From: an uncultured Lentisphaerales bacterium
Lineage (GTDB): Bacteria > Verrucomicrobiota > Lentisphaeria > JABSQK01 > UBA12247
DNA: 64,000 bases
Direction of reading: 5' to 3'
NCBI GenBank assembly: GCA_943788985.1
Contig: CALSSJ010000015.1
Location: 32,001 to 96,000 of the forward strand
How positions within the stretch are numbered: the first letter of the stretch is position 1; every line of letters begins with the position of its first letter. Made by a program: the position numbers and the translations under genes. Of this stretch, positions 39,908 through 49,763 are shown piece after piece. The notes below the pieces were generated by a model, which saw only the letters and a list, made by a program, of their open reading frames with translations, searched no databases and was not told where the DNA came from.

Positions 39908-41320
39908 ATGCCCGCGCCATGTGGAGATAAAACTCCCGGCTTCTATCGGCGGCGCACACCGCGTGAGTCGCCGCTGTTTCAGTTGCTCGAACAGCATTTT
40001 GACGAGTTCGAGCGGGTGTATCCGGACCGTTACCAAGAGCGCTATGGTTTCTTTCGGCCCGTAATTCGCAAGGCCGTTGATGCTTTTCTGGGTTGCGGCG
40101 ACCTGCGCGAGGGGTTCGCTCGAGTTCGCTGCCCCGACTGCGGACACAACCTGTTTGTCGCATTTTCCTGTAAGCAGCGCGGCATCTGCCCAAGTTGCCA
40201 TCAAAAACGTATGCTGGTCACGGCGATCAACATTGCCGAAAACGTGGCAGTCGCTGTTCGGCATCGCCAGTTCGTCTTTACCATGCCGAAACGGTTCCGC
40301 GCTTACTTTCGCTATGACCGGGATCTACTCAAGCATCTTCCCCGCCTTGCCTGGGAAACAGTGCGCGACGTCTACCGTGCCGTGCTCGATCGCGATGACG
40401 TTGTTCCCGGCATGGTCGGCGCCCCACAGAGCTTTGGCGATCTAATAAATTGGCATCCGCATATGCACACTCTATCCACCGATGGAGCGTTTGCCAAAGA
40501 CGGCACGTATCTGCCTGTGCCCGATGATCTGCCGATTGAGCCGTTCCTCAAGCTCTGGGAGCACAAGATCTTTGCATTGCTACTGGCAGAGGGCCGCATC
40601 ACCGAGAAGGTCGTCGAGCAGATGCGTAGCTGGAGGCACTCCGGGTTCAGCGTTGATAAGAGCGTCTACCTGCCGGCCGGTGACCAGGCTGCTATTCAGC
40701 GTTTGCTTCAGTACATGCTCAGATGCCCGTTCAGCCTGAAGCGCATGATTCAGACCACGGCGGATGGTAATGTTGCCTACCGAGCGACGCGCGAGAAGTG
40801 TATCGCCTTCCCGACCCGCAACGATACTCAGTTCCGTCGTGGTGTGTCGCGCAACTTTGAAATATTCGAGCCGCTCGACTTTATTGCTGAGGTCACGCAG
40901 CATATTCCGGAGCACGGCGCGCAGACAGTTCGCTATTACGGCTGGTATTCAAATAAGGCTCGCGGCATGCGCGCCAAGGCCGCAGAACAGGCAAAGGCAA
41001 AGCAGTCTAATGGCCTTGAGCCCCTCACCACCGATGAGAGCGATACGCCGTATCGTAAATTATGCCGTATGCGCTGGTCGGCGCTGATTAAACGAGTTTA
41101 CGAAGTAGATCCATTGTGCTGTCCCCAATGTGGCGGCGCGATGACTATCGTCGCGTTCGTTGAGCAGAAGGACCAGGCCGATGTCATTGAGCGTATTCTC
41201 AAGCACTGTCAGCTATGGAATGATTACCCGCCCAGGGCGCCACCCAAGCCAGCCGCCGCTAGTGAATTTGAGCTGGAAGTTGAGTATGTAGACTTCGACG
41301 AGTTTCTGATGGGTTTCTAA
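39908..41320 (+). CDS. IS91-family transposase (Zn-binding domain plus HUH)
   Basis: CGD...GFARVRCPDC...SCKQRGICPSC, HRQFVFT, WHPHMH (HUH), YMLR, RYYGWYSN and a C-terminal CPQCGG. Confidence 0.92.
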   Translation: MPAPCGDKTPGFYRRRTPRESPLFQLLEQHFDEFERVYPDRYQERYGFFRPVIRKAVDAFLGCGDLREGFARVRCPDCGHNLFVAFSCKQRGICPSCHQKRMLVTAINIAENVAVAVRHRQFVFTMPKRFRAYFRYDRDLLKHLPRLAWETVRDVYRAVLDRDDVVPGMVGAPQSFGDLINWHPHMHTLSTDGAFAKDGTYLPVPDDLPIEPFLKLWEHKIFALLLAEGRITEKVVEQMRSWRHSGFSVDKSVYLPAGDQAAIQRLLQYMLRCPFSLKRMIQTTADGNVAYRATREKCIAFPTRNDTQFRRGVSRNFEIFEPLDFIAEVTQHIPEHGAQTVRYYGWYSNKARGMRAKAAEQAKAKQSNGLEPLTTDESDTPYRKLCRMRWSALIKRVYEVDPLCCPQCGGAMTIVAFVEQKDQADVIERILKHCQLWNDYPPRAPPKPAAASEFELEVEYVDFDEFLMGF

Positions 41321-41412
41321 AAGCGCCCCGTCAGGAAGACGGTATCTCAATGCTCAAATTCGCGTATTCTACCTCCAAAACACCTATCTGCGCGGAATAT
41401 CGGCACGCAGCA

Positions 41413-41458
41413 GGAAGGGAGGACGGCCGGGCCAGCTGGCCCGGCCGTCCTCCCTTCC
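41413..41458. repeat. Perfect 46-bp spacerless palindrome
   Basis: GGAAGGGAGGACGGCCGGGCCAG|CTGGCCCGGCCGTCCTCCCTTCC. Confidence 0.9.
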
Positions 41459-41549
41459 GTTTCTTCGCCGTCTCCGCCCCGTTTCCTTGAATACCTCATC
41501 CCGTCAGCGTATCTTGGCTGTATCGGGAAAAAGCAATTTCCTATCAGTT

Positions 41550-41730
41550 TATCTGGCCGAGAGATTAGTTCCTTACGAGGCCAAACTGATGAATTTGAGC
41601 TACGGTCCGGATCGACTTTAAAATTGAAACCTTAATCAAGGTCAAAGCCGCAGCGGGGCGCCCGAAAGACCAGATGGTCTTGCCAATTCTGCGTGAGACC
41701 CTCCGCGAACGAGAGCGCCTCGACGAATAG
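41550..41730 (+). pseudogene. C-terminal remnant of a nucleotidyltransferase-like gene next to the IS91 end
   Basis: Hand translation IETLIKVKAAAGRPKDQMVLPILRETLRERERLDE* (LIxxKxxxGRxKD pattern). Confidence 0.5.
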
Positions 41731-41854
41731 CACATGATTCTTGGACTGCGTGACGCGCTGACTGCTGATATTCTGGACAGCACCCGGCCGGAGTTGACTC
41801 ATGACTAGTGGAGCGAGTTGTGTTCATAATCATTTCGGCGCGGCAACGTGAACT

Positions 41855-43489
41855 CTACTTCGCCGAACTCAAGGGGCGCCACTCGTTCACGTATTCCATC
41901 TTCACGGTGCCGGTATCTGCATCCAGGTATAGCGGCAGGAAGAGAAAGCGAGACTTTTCGATGTCGGACCGGTCGGGGATCCACCATTGGTCGCAGAGGG
42001 CCAGCACGGTGTCGGACTCTTCGAGGTAGATCAGATCGGTCACCTGGGAGTTCCAAGTCCGCTGTTCGCTGATGTCGGCTTGTTTCTTGTAGGGGCCCAG
42101 TGGCGAATCGGCAACCGCGCACTTGGTGTTTGATCCGGCCCAGCCATGGACGCCAGAGGCAACTGCGATGTACTTGCCCTTGTATTTGACCATGGCCGGG
42201 GCTTCACAGCCGCTATCAAAGATCACGACCCCATCTCGATTGCTGGTCAGATAGTCGTCGCTGAGGCTGTCGATACGGATCGCGTAGCGCCAGTTTCCGC
42301 CGGCTTCGGGCTTGTTGTGGTCGCAGTAGATCACATAGCCTTTGCCATCGTCATCCTGGAACACATTCATGTCGGAGCCAAACCCGGTTGAGGTTCCCAT
42401 TTGGCGTGGCCCCAGCGGCGTGAAGGGCCCCTCCGGATGGTCGGCGGTGGCAACCATGAGGAACGAGGCGGGCATGGCCACAAACCAACGATACCACATG
42501 ACATATTTCTTGGTCGTCTCGTTGTATATCACATGCGAACGCCCGGTAGCGCCCAGCTTGCCGAAGCCACGCTCCGGCCGAGGCAGGCAGACGCCCTTGT
42601 ACGTCCAGTTCTTGAGGTCGGTGGAGCGATAGACTTGTACGCCGTTCCATACGGGGCCGGCGGGCATGCGGAACTTGCCCTGTGGGTTATTCGCATAGCT
42701 GCTGCCGTACCAGTAGAAGACGCCATTGAACCGCGCCAACTCGCCTTCGTGCGCCACGATTGGGCGTCCCTCCACGTCTACCCAATCGGTGCCATTGACG
42801 ATGGCTTGGCTGAGGTTCGCAGGCGAGGGCACCTGCTCTCTGGCTTTGTGAAACAGCTCGTCTGGATACATGGCTGCGATCTCCTTCTGGGGTAAGGCTC
42901 GTTTGTATACACGGAAGTCATCCAGCGCCCCGCGGTACGGAGTGCCCCACTTGCCGAGAAACGGCGCGCCGATGCCTGCCTTGACACCTGCAAACTCAAA
43001 TGCGCTCTGCGCGGTGTGGCCCTTCTTGCCATTGAGATACCCGGTCACAGTTCCGTCTGCCGTATAGACCACGGCGACGTGTTGCCAGATGTCCTGCCCA
43101 CTCAGACCGGACACCACGTTGGGCCATGCCTTTGTGTTGAAGACCTGCAGGTGTCCATTGGACAGACGAAGTGCGCCCGACTGGAATGTCAATCCCTCCA
43201 GCTGCGAGAGGATGCGGCCGTCCGCTTGGGCGCCGTTGGGTTTCAACCAGAAGCTCACGGTCGCCGGCGCTTGGAGCCCGAGATCGCCCAAGACCACGCC
43301 CTTGTGACCGACGCTGAAGCAGACCGCGTTGCCAATCATGCCATCACAGGGCCTCAGGTCCGCGCTCTCTGCGAGCTCTTCAAGCGGCCACTGCCGATAG
43401 TCCAGTTCCTCGGCAGCCGCTGCCCCCAGCGACAGGGCTCCTAAAACCATCACGTACGTCAATCCCCTCATTGTACTGCTAGCCAGCAT
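41855..43489 (-). CDS. Secreted LamG-like plus GH43-type beta-propeller glycoside hydrolase
   Basis: Signal peptide; WQHVAVVY...YLNG...GALDDFRVY (LamG); AHEG, YWYG, DMNVFQDDDG and EAPAM (GH43-like). Confidence 0.85.
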   Translation of the reverse strand: MLASSTMRGLTYVMVLGALSLGAAAAEELDYRQWPLEELAESADLRPCDGMIGNAVCFSVGHKGVVLGDLGLQAPATVSFWLKPNGAQADGRILSQLEGLTFQSGALRLSNGHLQVFNTKAWPNVVSGLSGQDIWQHVAVVYTADGTVTGYLNGKKGHTAQSAFEFAGVKAGIGAPFLGKWGTPYRGALDDFRVYKRALPQKEIAAMYPDELFHKAREQVPSPANLSQAIVNGTDWVDVEGRPIVAHEGELARFNGVFYWYGSSYANNPQGKFRMPAGPVWNGVQVYRSTDLKNWTYKGVCLPRPERGFGKLGATGRSHVIYNETTKKYVMWYRWFVAMPASFLMVATADHPEGPFTPLGPRQMGTSTGFGSDMNVFQDDDGKGYVIYCDHNKPEAGGNWRYAIRIDSLSDDYLTSNRDGVVIFDSGCEAPAMVKYKGKYIAVASGVHGWAGSNTKCAVADSPLGPYKKQADISEQRTWNSQVTDLIYLEESDTVLALCDQWWIPDRSDIEKSRFLFLPLYLDADTGTVKMEYVNEWRPLSSAK

Positions 43490-43529
43490 GCTACTATTCT
43501 CCACCAAAGTTCGTGATGCGCTGGGAATG

Positions 43530-43652
43530 GTAGGTTGGGCCTCCGAGCCCGACCATTCGTGCAACCAGCTATGGAGTCGGGCTCGGAGGCCCAACCGACT
43601 TATACCATTCGTGTAACCAGCTATGGAGTCGGGCTCGGAGGCCCAACCTACC
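43530..43652. repeat. GTAG-type REP cluster (one forward and two inverted copies)
   Basis: GTAGGTTGGGCCTCCGAGCCCGAC, then GTCGGGCTCGGAGGCCCAACC twice with a duplicated linker. Confidence 0.8.
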
Positions 43653-43673
43653 TACCCGACGCTCGGACTCCCA

Positions 43674-44942
43674 TCACAGCTCGTATTGCGGAACGGTCAT
43701 CCACTCGCCGTCCTTCTGCGCTGATTTATGGGCAATGACGCCTGCCAGGGTCATGTTCAGCGCTGAGCTGATATCGACGATCGGTTTTTGATCCAGCAGG
43801 ATGGACTCGATGAAATTGCTGGTCAGGTGGCCGTGAGAGCCGCCATGGTGGCCTGCTGGCACACCAGGGGGTAACGCGGGGCGAGCCGTATTCACGGCTT
43901 TCGTGTTCTGGTCCTTTTGGCCATACACACGCCCTTTCTCACCGTGGGCATTCTTCATATCCCAACTGCCAGCCATCCGAGAAATGCCGCCCTCGCTGGT
44001 TTTTAGCAGCGCGATCTCCGTGCCGAAGGTGTTGTTATGGGCGTTTTCGCCTTTCTGAAACTCGGTGTAAAGCCCAGGCGTGCCGACGCAGGAGACATCT
44101 GTAAGACGCCCACCATCAGCGACTGAGACATAGTACGCGGTGGCATGGGTCGGGTACCACATCGGCGGAAGGCCTCTCCGCCAGCCATGGCCGTCGATCT
44201 TGCCGTTCTTGGGGTTGAAACTGGGGATCCCGCGGGGGCTGAAGTCGTGGTAATACTCGCCCTCTGAATAGAGAATCTTGCCCAAGATCCCGGCCTGGTA
44301 CTGCATTCTCCACGAGTAGCAATCCGCATGAAATGTGGAGGTTTCGTTCATCATGTAGGTCATGCCGCTCTTCTTGACGGCATTGAATAGATCCTCAGCC
44401 TCATCTTCGGCTTCAAAGCCAAACACAGCGGGGACCGCGGAGCAAACATGCTTGCCGTGCTCCAAAGCCATGATGGCCAATCGCGCGTGACTCGGAGCGT
44501 CGGTCGCGATATAGACCGCCTCAATGCTCTTGTCCTTGATCATCTCCTCGCAGGAAGCGTAGGTCTTCTTGGCGCCCACTGCTTTGGCCAAGGCGGCGCA
44601 GCGCTGCGGGTCAAGGTCGGTCGCAGCAACCACCTCTACGTTGGGATGGTCCTGATAACAGAACATCGCCCCAAACTTGCAGAGCCCGTAGCCAGCAATG
44701 CCCACCTTGATCTTGCGATCGGACTTCTGCTCCCACTTGTCGGTATTTCTCGCGGTCACCTGGTTCGGCTGTTCTGGATCATCGCCAAATCCGGGAATCA
44801 CGTTGCCAGCGGCATCGCGCGGCAAGTCATCGGCTGCATGCAGCGAACTCGCGGCTGACAAGGCGCCCAAGGCAGCCGCGCTGGCACCCATTCCTTGAAT
44901 GAAGTGACGGCGACTCAGAGTTGAAGGGGTGTTGTTTTCCAT
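43674..44942 (-). CDS. Tat-exported Gfo/Idh/MocA oxidoreductase
   Basis: SRRHFI twin-arginine motif, KVGIAGYG, GKHVCSAVP, YPTH and GHHGGSH. Confidence 0.88.
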   Translation of the reverse strand: MENNTPSTLSRRHFIQGMGASAAALGALSAASSLHAADDLPRDAAGNVIPGFGDDPEQPNQVTARNTDKWEQKSDRKIKVGIAGYGLCKFGAMFCYQDHPNVEVVAATDLDPQRCAALAKAVGAKKTYASCEEMIKDKSIEAVYIATDAPSHARLAIMALEHGKHVCSAVPAVFGFEAEDEAEDLFNAVKKSGMTYMMNETSTFHADCYSWRMQYQAGILGKILYSEGEYYHDFSPRGIPSFNPKNGKIDGHGWRRGLPPMWYPTHATAYYVSVADGGRLTDVSCVGTPGLYTEFQKGENAHNNTFGTEIALLKTSEGGISRMAGSWDMKNAHGEKGRVYGQKDQNTKAVNTARPALPPGVPAGHHGGSHGHLTSNFIESILLDQKPIVDISSALNMTLAGVIAHKSAQKDGEWMTVPQYEL

Positions 44943-45346
44943 GGATCTGATCCTTTGTTGGACTGGTTTTGAGTTAGGGATTGCTGAGCAACCCAGGAGG
45001 ACACATGGCTCTAATTTCCGTGGCGCTGAGCGCCAAGAACGTTCGTCCCACGACGGATGATAGAAACCCGAGCGATCATGTAGCTCCTTGCAATTTCGAT
45101 TTGATTTCAGATACAAATACACACAGCTGTTCGGGAGGACACGCTCAAGTATCCGCTTTATTGCAGCAAAAAAGCGAGATGAGCTTTGCTCGGCGCCGTA
45201 CGAAAACGTTCCACTCTCGCGTGGTCCTGGCGCTGCTCCGGGCCAGCGGAGCTGTACGGAAGTAACATACCCGCGAGTCCATTGCTGAACGCGGGATGGC
45301 GAGTACGGTATAGCTATCGCATTGACACCAGCATCGCAGGCACGCC

Positions 45347-47026
45347 ATGCCCTCATTTAGAACAGGAACAGACGACTTCAAGAAGCTACGGGACCAGGGT
45401 GGGTACTTCGTCGACAAATCCCCTCTGATTCGCTCTGTCCTGGATAGCAGTGAAGTGACGTTAATTCCGCGCCCGCGGCGCTTTGGCAAGACGCTGCATA
45501 TGACCATGCTGCGCTACTTCTTCGAAAAATCGGCAGAAGACCGACGGCCGCTGTTTGACGGCTTGGCGATCACAGACGATACCGATGCGATGGGCCATCA
45601 GGGCCAATACCCGGTGATCTACCTTAGCTTGAAGGATATCAAAGGAGCATCTTGGGAGGTAGCGCAGGACAAACTTCTTGAGCGCCTCTCAGCCTTGCAT
45701 AAGCGCCACGACTTTCTGCTTGATACCCTTGCTACGGATGACAGAGAATCTTATGAGAAGGTAATAGCCCGATGCGGCTCCATAGCAGACAACGAATTGA
45801 GCCTCAAGAAGCTGATTGCCCACCTTCAGGCCTATCATAATCAGCCAGTCGTCGTGTTGATTGATGAATACGACTCACCCGTAATTGAGGCGTGGCGTAA
45901 CGGCTACTATGACGAGATGATTGCGTTCATGCGCAGCTGGCTGGGCGGCGGCCTCAAGCATGAAGAGGGCGGTGCCCTATTCCGTGGCGTTGTGACCGGC
46001 ATCCTGCGCGTGGCACGTGAGTCCATCTTCTCAGGGCTCAACAACCTTGATGTCGCCAGCCTCCTGAGCAGCGGGCCTTTCGCTGACAAGTTCGGCTTTA
46101 CCGAGCCAGAACTGGCGCAGGTCTTAACAGACTTTGATGCAGAGGACTTGGCTGGACCGATGCGCGAGTGGTACAACGGCTATCAATTTGGCCCCCACAC
46201 CATCTATAACCCGTGGTCTGTCATCTGTGCGATCTCCAAGCGTCCGGATCCAATCGGTCCGCACTGGCTCAACACCGCGTCAAACGACCTGATCTACGCG
46301 GAACTGGAATCCGGCGGTCTGCCGCTGAAACGCGAGCTGGAGCAGTTACTTGCTGGTGAGGAACTGCGTCGTGAACTGCACGAACACACCATCTTCAGCG
46401 ATGTTGGCAAGAGCGCCGAGCACATCTGGAGCTTTCTGGTCTTCTCCGGCTACCTGAAGGCAACCGACCCGCAGCCCGATCCCCGGCGCCCCACGCGACA
46501 GCGCTATCACCTCAGCATTCCGAATCTCGAAGTCAGCATTGCCTTCGAGCAGTTTGTCGAGCATTGGCACCGCTCGCTGTCCTTTACCGCGACCGAGCAA
46601 CTGCTTGACGTTCTTTTGGATAGCAACTGGCCGAGACTACAAGATCTGCTCAGTGAACTGGCCGCACGGCTGCTCAGCTGTCACGACGTAGCCAAACTGC
46701 CCGAAGCTGTGTTTCACGCTTTTGTGCTCGGCCTTTTGGCGCACCTGCGCCAGATCTACGAAATCCGGTCCAATGTCGAAAGCGGCTATGGCCGCGCCGA
46801 TATCCTGATGCGTCCCAAGACCGTTGCCTATCCGCTGGCCTTCATCATCGAGTTTAAAGCAATCAAGGGCGATGCGGACTCCGCAATCGCGACCACCGAA
46901 GCTCTGGCCCAGATCGAATCCCGCGACTACGAAGCCAGTCTTCTCGAAGCTGGCGTCTCTCCGGAGCACATCCGCAAGCTTGCCATCGTCGTGGCTGGCA
47001 AGCACGTCACCGTCACACAGGGATGA
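45347..47026 (+). CDS. AAA-ATPase-like protein with C-terminal PD-(D/E)XK nuclease domain
   Basis: YFVDKS, RPRRFGKT, LIDEYD, WYNGY, IYNPWS and SNVESGYGRADI...IIEFK...QI..RDY. Confidence 0.9.
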   Translation: MPSFRTGTDDFKKLRDQGGYFVDKSPLIRSVLDSSEVTLIPRPRRFGKTLHMTMLRYFFEKSAEDRRPLFDGLAITDDTDAMGHQGQYPVIYLSLKDIKGASWEVAQDKLLERLSALHKRHDFLLDTLATDDRESYEKVIARCGSIADNELSLKKLIAHLQAYHNQPVVVLIDEYDSPVIEAWRNGYYDEMIAFMRSWLGGGLKHEEGGALFRGVVTGILRVARESIFSGLNNLDVASLLSSGPFADKFGFTEPELAQVLTDFDAEDLAGPMREWYNGYQFGPHTIYNPWSVICAISKRPDPIGPHWLNTASNDLIYAELESGGLPLKRELEQLLAGEELRRELHEHTIFSDVGKSAEHIWSFLVFSGYLKATDPQPDPRRPTRQRYHLSIPNLEVSIAFEQFVEHWHRSLSFTATEQLLDVLLDSNWPRLQDLLSELAARLLSCHDVAKLPEAVFHAFVLGLLAHLRQIYEIRSNVESGYGRADILMRPKTVAYPLAFIIEFKAIKGDADSAIATTEALAQIESRDYEASLLEAGVSPEHIRKLAIVVAGKHVTVTQG

Positions 47027-47357
47027 TCAGCCTCCTTCTCCTCCTCTCGCTCGTCCTCCCCTTCTTGGCCGCTCAATCGTACGACGCAAATCCCTTTGCG
47101 TCGCAAGACTTCTCAGAAATAGACGCATGGGGACAAGCGTCCTACGATCTTGCCAGCGTTGCGGGCTCCGCACCACCCATGACAACGTTCTCCGAAGTGG
47201 ATGCTGGCATGAGTGAGACTGTCACGGCCCCAGTGCATTCGGCCACTCGCACCTACAAAGGTAGGGGCGGTCGAAAACAAGTTCTCAGCGACGCCGATGA
47301 CCTTGATGCGGCACTTCTTCTTGACGAAGCCGATCTCCACAGAGCTAAGGGGGTGTT

Positions 47358-47750
47358 GTGGTGGATTTTTTGGCAGCGATATCCAGTAGACCTATTGTAA
47401 GCAGAGGTATCGAAGTTGAAGCAGACGATGAATTTCAGGAGTACAAGGAACTCGGTTTCGGCCTTTGCTACGAATCGGGCGTCCTGCACCAAGTTGCCCT
47501 TCATTCAGGTCTGGGCGACAGCTCCTACGCAAGGTACGAGCGAGAACTCATTCATGGCGTGGTCTTCGGCTATTCGGAAGACGATGTGAGACAGGAAATG
47601 GGCTCCCCAGTTTTCGAAGGCGGGGGGAATAGCGGGTTCTTTGGCAAGGTTCTCCGCTGGATCAAGTACAAGCGGGGAAGCCATACCATCCACTTCGAAT
47701 TCGGGGAGATGGGCAAGGGCTTGCAGACGGTTACTCTTGGCCTGGTCTGA
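47358..47750 (+). CDS. Hypothetical protein, immunity-protein-like (5' end may be eroded)
   Basis: Small acidic/aromatic protein with DDVRQEMGSP...WIKY...HFEF pattern. Confidence 0.45.
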   Translation: MVDFLAAISSRPIVSRGIEVEADDEFQEYKELGFGLCYESGVLHQVALHSGLGDSSYARYERELIHGVVFGYSEDDVRQEMGSPVFEGGGNSGFFGKVLRWIKYKRGSHTIHFEFGEMGKGLQTVTLGLV

Positions 47751-47861
47751 CGGCTAGAACCGCTGCGCTTGCTAAGGGACAAAATTTCGTTCTCGGTCAA
47801 CGGCCGCCGCAGTGCTCTGGTGCGGAGCTGTCCGGCTGGCCCAGCCTGTCGCCGACGCCCC

Positions 47862-47913
47862 GTTGCCTTCGGCTGTCTCGCAGCCGACGCGGAGCAAGAC
47901 GGCCGAAGGCAAC
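47862..47913. repeat. Hairpin related to the internal module of the 24076 and 54482 elements
   Basis: GTTGCCTTCGGCTGTCTCGC...GCAAGACGGCCGAAGGCAAC. Confidence 0.6.
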
Positions 47914-48194
47914 CTCGGCTGCCAGGCATAAGAAGGAGCATGCTCCGGACTTCGCCTGAGATGCTGGTCTTATGCCAACGCCTGCGGGGCCAGCGGCCTC
48001 CTGCTTACCTGACGGATCGGCATGGCCATACGCGCAGTGAGCACACGAAGCACGGTCAGTTAGCCGCCATTATCTTGCGAAAAACCGATCCTCGCGACTT
48101 CGTGACAAGATCCCGCCTCGGTGACTCGGAATAGACTTGAAATCCGCCATGAGTGGCATATATATAGTTCTTAACCGCATAGTAGGATCTTTAT

Positions 48195-48515
48195 ATGACA
48201 CAATTCCCCCAGGAAGTCCATGAGCGGCTTCGCTTGTATGGCGAGCGGATTAAGACGGCACGTGTCCGCCGGCGCTGGAGTCAGGCGAGTCTGGCCGAGC
48301 GCATCGGTGTCGAACGACGGAGTGTGATTCGTCTGGAGAGAGGGGATGCCGGCGTTGCTTCGGGAGTGCTGCTGGCAGCGCTGTGGGTGCTGGGGCTTTG
48401 GGAAACGACAAAAGCGGTCGCGGATCCCGCGGCCGACCAGGCCGGAATTTTTCTTGAGAAACAGCGCGAACCCAAGCGTGTGGGAACGAAGCACCGCCCC
48501 GAATTGGATTTCTGA
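48195..48515 (+). CDS. XRE-family HTH antitoxin (HipB-like)
   Basis: GERIKTARVRRRWSQASLAERIGV...RLERGD, coupled to the HipA gene. Confidence 0.85.
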   Translation: MTQFPQEVHERLRLYGERIKTARVRRRWSQASLAERIGVERRSVIRLERGDAGVASGVLLAALWVLGLWETTKAVADPAADQAGIFLEKQREPKRVGTKHRPELDF

Positions 48516-49747
48516 TGGTTGCGACGAAATTGTACGTGTTTTGCTATCTTCCTGGTGCTTTACGGGCAACACCGGCAGGCCTGTTTACACATGAGGATGG
48601 CATCCGGGTCGGGACGTTTGCCTATGGCCGACGGTATCTCGAACGGCAGGAGGCAGTGCCGGTCGATCCGGTTGCTCTGCCGCTGGGGTTGGAACCACTG
48701 CCAGTGACAACCAACGGCGGGCTCTATGGGGCATTTCGGGATGCCTCGCCGGATTACTGGGGACGGCTGGTAATCGCATCCTGTATCGGGCGTCCCGCGG
48801 ACTCTATGTCCGAGGTTGATTTCCTGACACATGCCAATGCCACTCGCGCTGGGAATCTGGATTTCAGGCCAGCGCTTGATTCTCCTGAACCAGTTCTAGA
48901 ACCCCCTGCGTTTCAGGAATTGTCTCAGCTGTTGGCAGCAGCCGCGGCGATCGAAGACGGCGGCCAGGTCGACACTCACACGCGTGCAATGTTCGAGCAG
49001 GGGACCAGTCTGGGCGGCGCTCGCCCCAAGTGCACCGTAACGTTAGACGGTGAGCTATGGCTGGCAAAATTTCCTTCTCGCTATGATCGCTTTGACCTGC
49101 CGAGAGCGGAGTTTGCGACGATGAAACTGGCCGAGAAATGCGGCATGCACGTTCCTGAGACCCGACTTGAGATGATCGGGCGGCATGCCGTGTTTCTGAC
49201 CAAGCGCTTCGACCGAGAGGCAGTAGAGGGCGGTTGGGCACGGCGTGCCTATCTCAGCGCACTGAGCCTGGCGGAGTGGGATGAACGAGATCGCCACCTG
49301 TGGTCCTACAGCAGGCTTGCCGAGAGAATGCGCCAGTATTCAGGCAGTGTGTCTGCCGATTTGGAGGAGCTGTTTCGACGAATCGCTTTCAATATCCTGG
49401 TTCGGAATACCGATGATCACCCACGCAATCACGGATTCCTTGCGCAGAACGATGGGGTGCGACTTGCGCCGCTGTTTGATGTGGAGCCTTCTATGGCTCA
49501 GCCAGGTGTTAGCACCGAGTTTTCTCTCGCCATGAGCGTGGGGCCAACAGGCCGCCTGGGGAGCCTGAGCAACCTGTGCGCAGACGCCCGCGTGTACAAT
49601 CTGACGCGCTCAGCGGCGGAAAAGCTGTGCGACGAACTCCGTGATGCCGTAGCAAACTCCTGGGAAAAGATATTTGCAGACTGTGGTATTGGCAAAACCG
49701 AGCAGGACGCGTTCGCGCCGACGTTCGAAGGCGTCAGGCACCGCTAA
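48515..49747 (+). CDS. hipA: HipA-family toxin kinase
   Basis: DASPDYWG, TSLGGARPK, AKF, KRFDR, NTDDHPRNHGF and LAPLFD motifs. Confidence 0.9.
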   Translation: MVATKLYVFCYLPGALRATPAGLFTHEDGIRVGTFAYGRRYLERQEAVPVDPVALPLGLEPLPVTTNGGLYGAFRDASPDYWGRLVIASCIGRPADSMSEVDFLTHANATRAGNLDFRPALDSPEPVLEPPAFQELSQLLAAAAAIEDGGQVDTHTRAMFEQGTSLGGARPKCTVTLDGELWLAKFPSRYDRFDLPRAEFATMKLAEKCGMHVPETRLEMIGRHAVFLTKRFDREAVEGGWARRAYLSALSLAEWDERDRHLWSYSRLAERMRQYSGSVSADLEELFRRIAFNILVRNTDDHPRNHGFLAQNDGVRLAPLFDVEPSMAQPGVSTEFSLAMSVGPTGRLGSLSNLCADARVYNLTRSAAEKLCDELRDAVANSWEKIFADCGIGKTEQDAFAPTFEGVRHR

Positions 49748-49763
49748 TAGCCCTGGCTTTGGC

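Larger units (their letters stand above)
39275..41545 (+). mobile_element. IS91/ISCR-like rolling-circle element, copy 1 (including the captured left flank)
   Basis: Identity with copy 2 begins at 39275. An oriIS-like end AAAAGCAATTTCCTATC ends at 41545. Confidence 0.8.

Noticed and set aside
41619..41637. AAAATTGAAACCTTAATC as a second oriIS
   Set aside because: It is better explained as codons (IETLIK) of the nucleotidyltransferase-like remnant.
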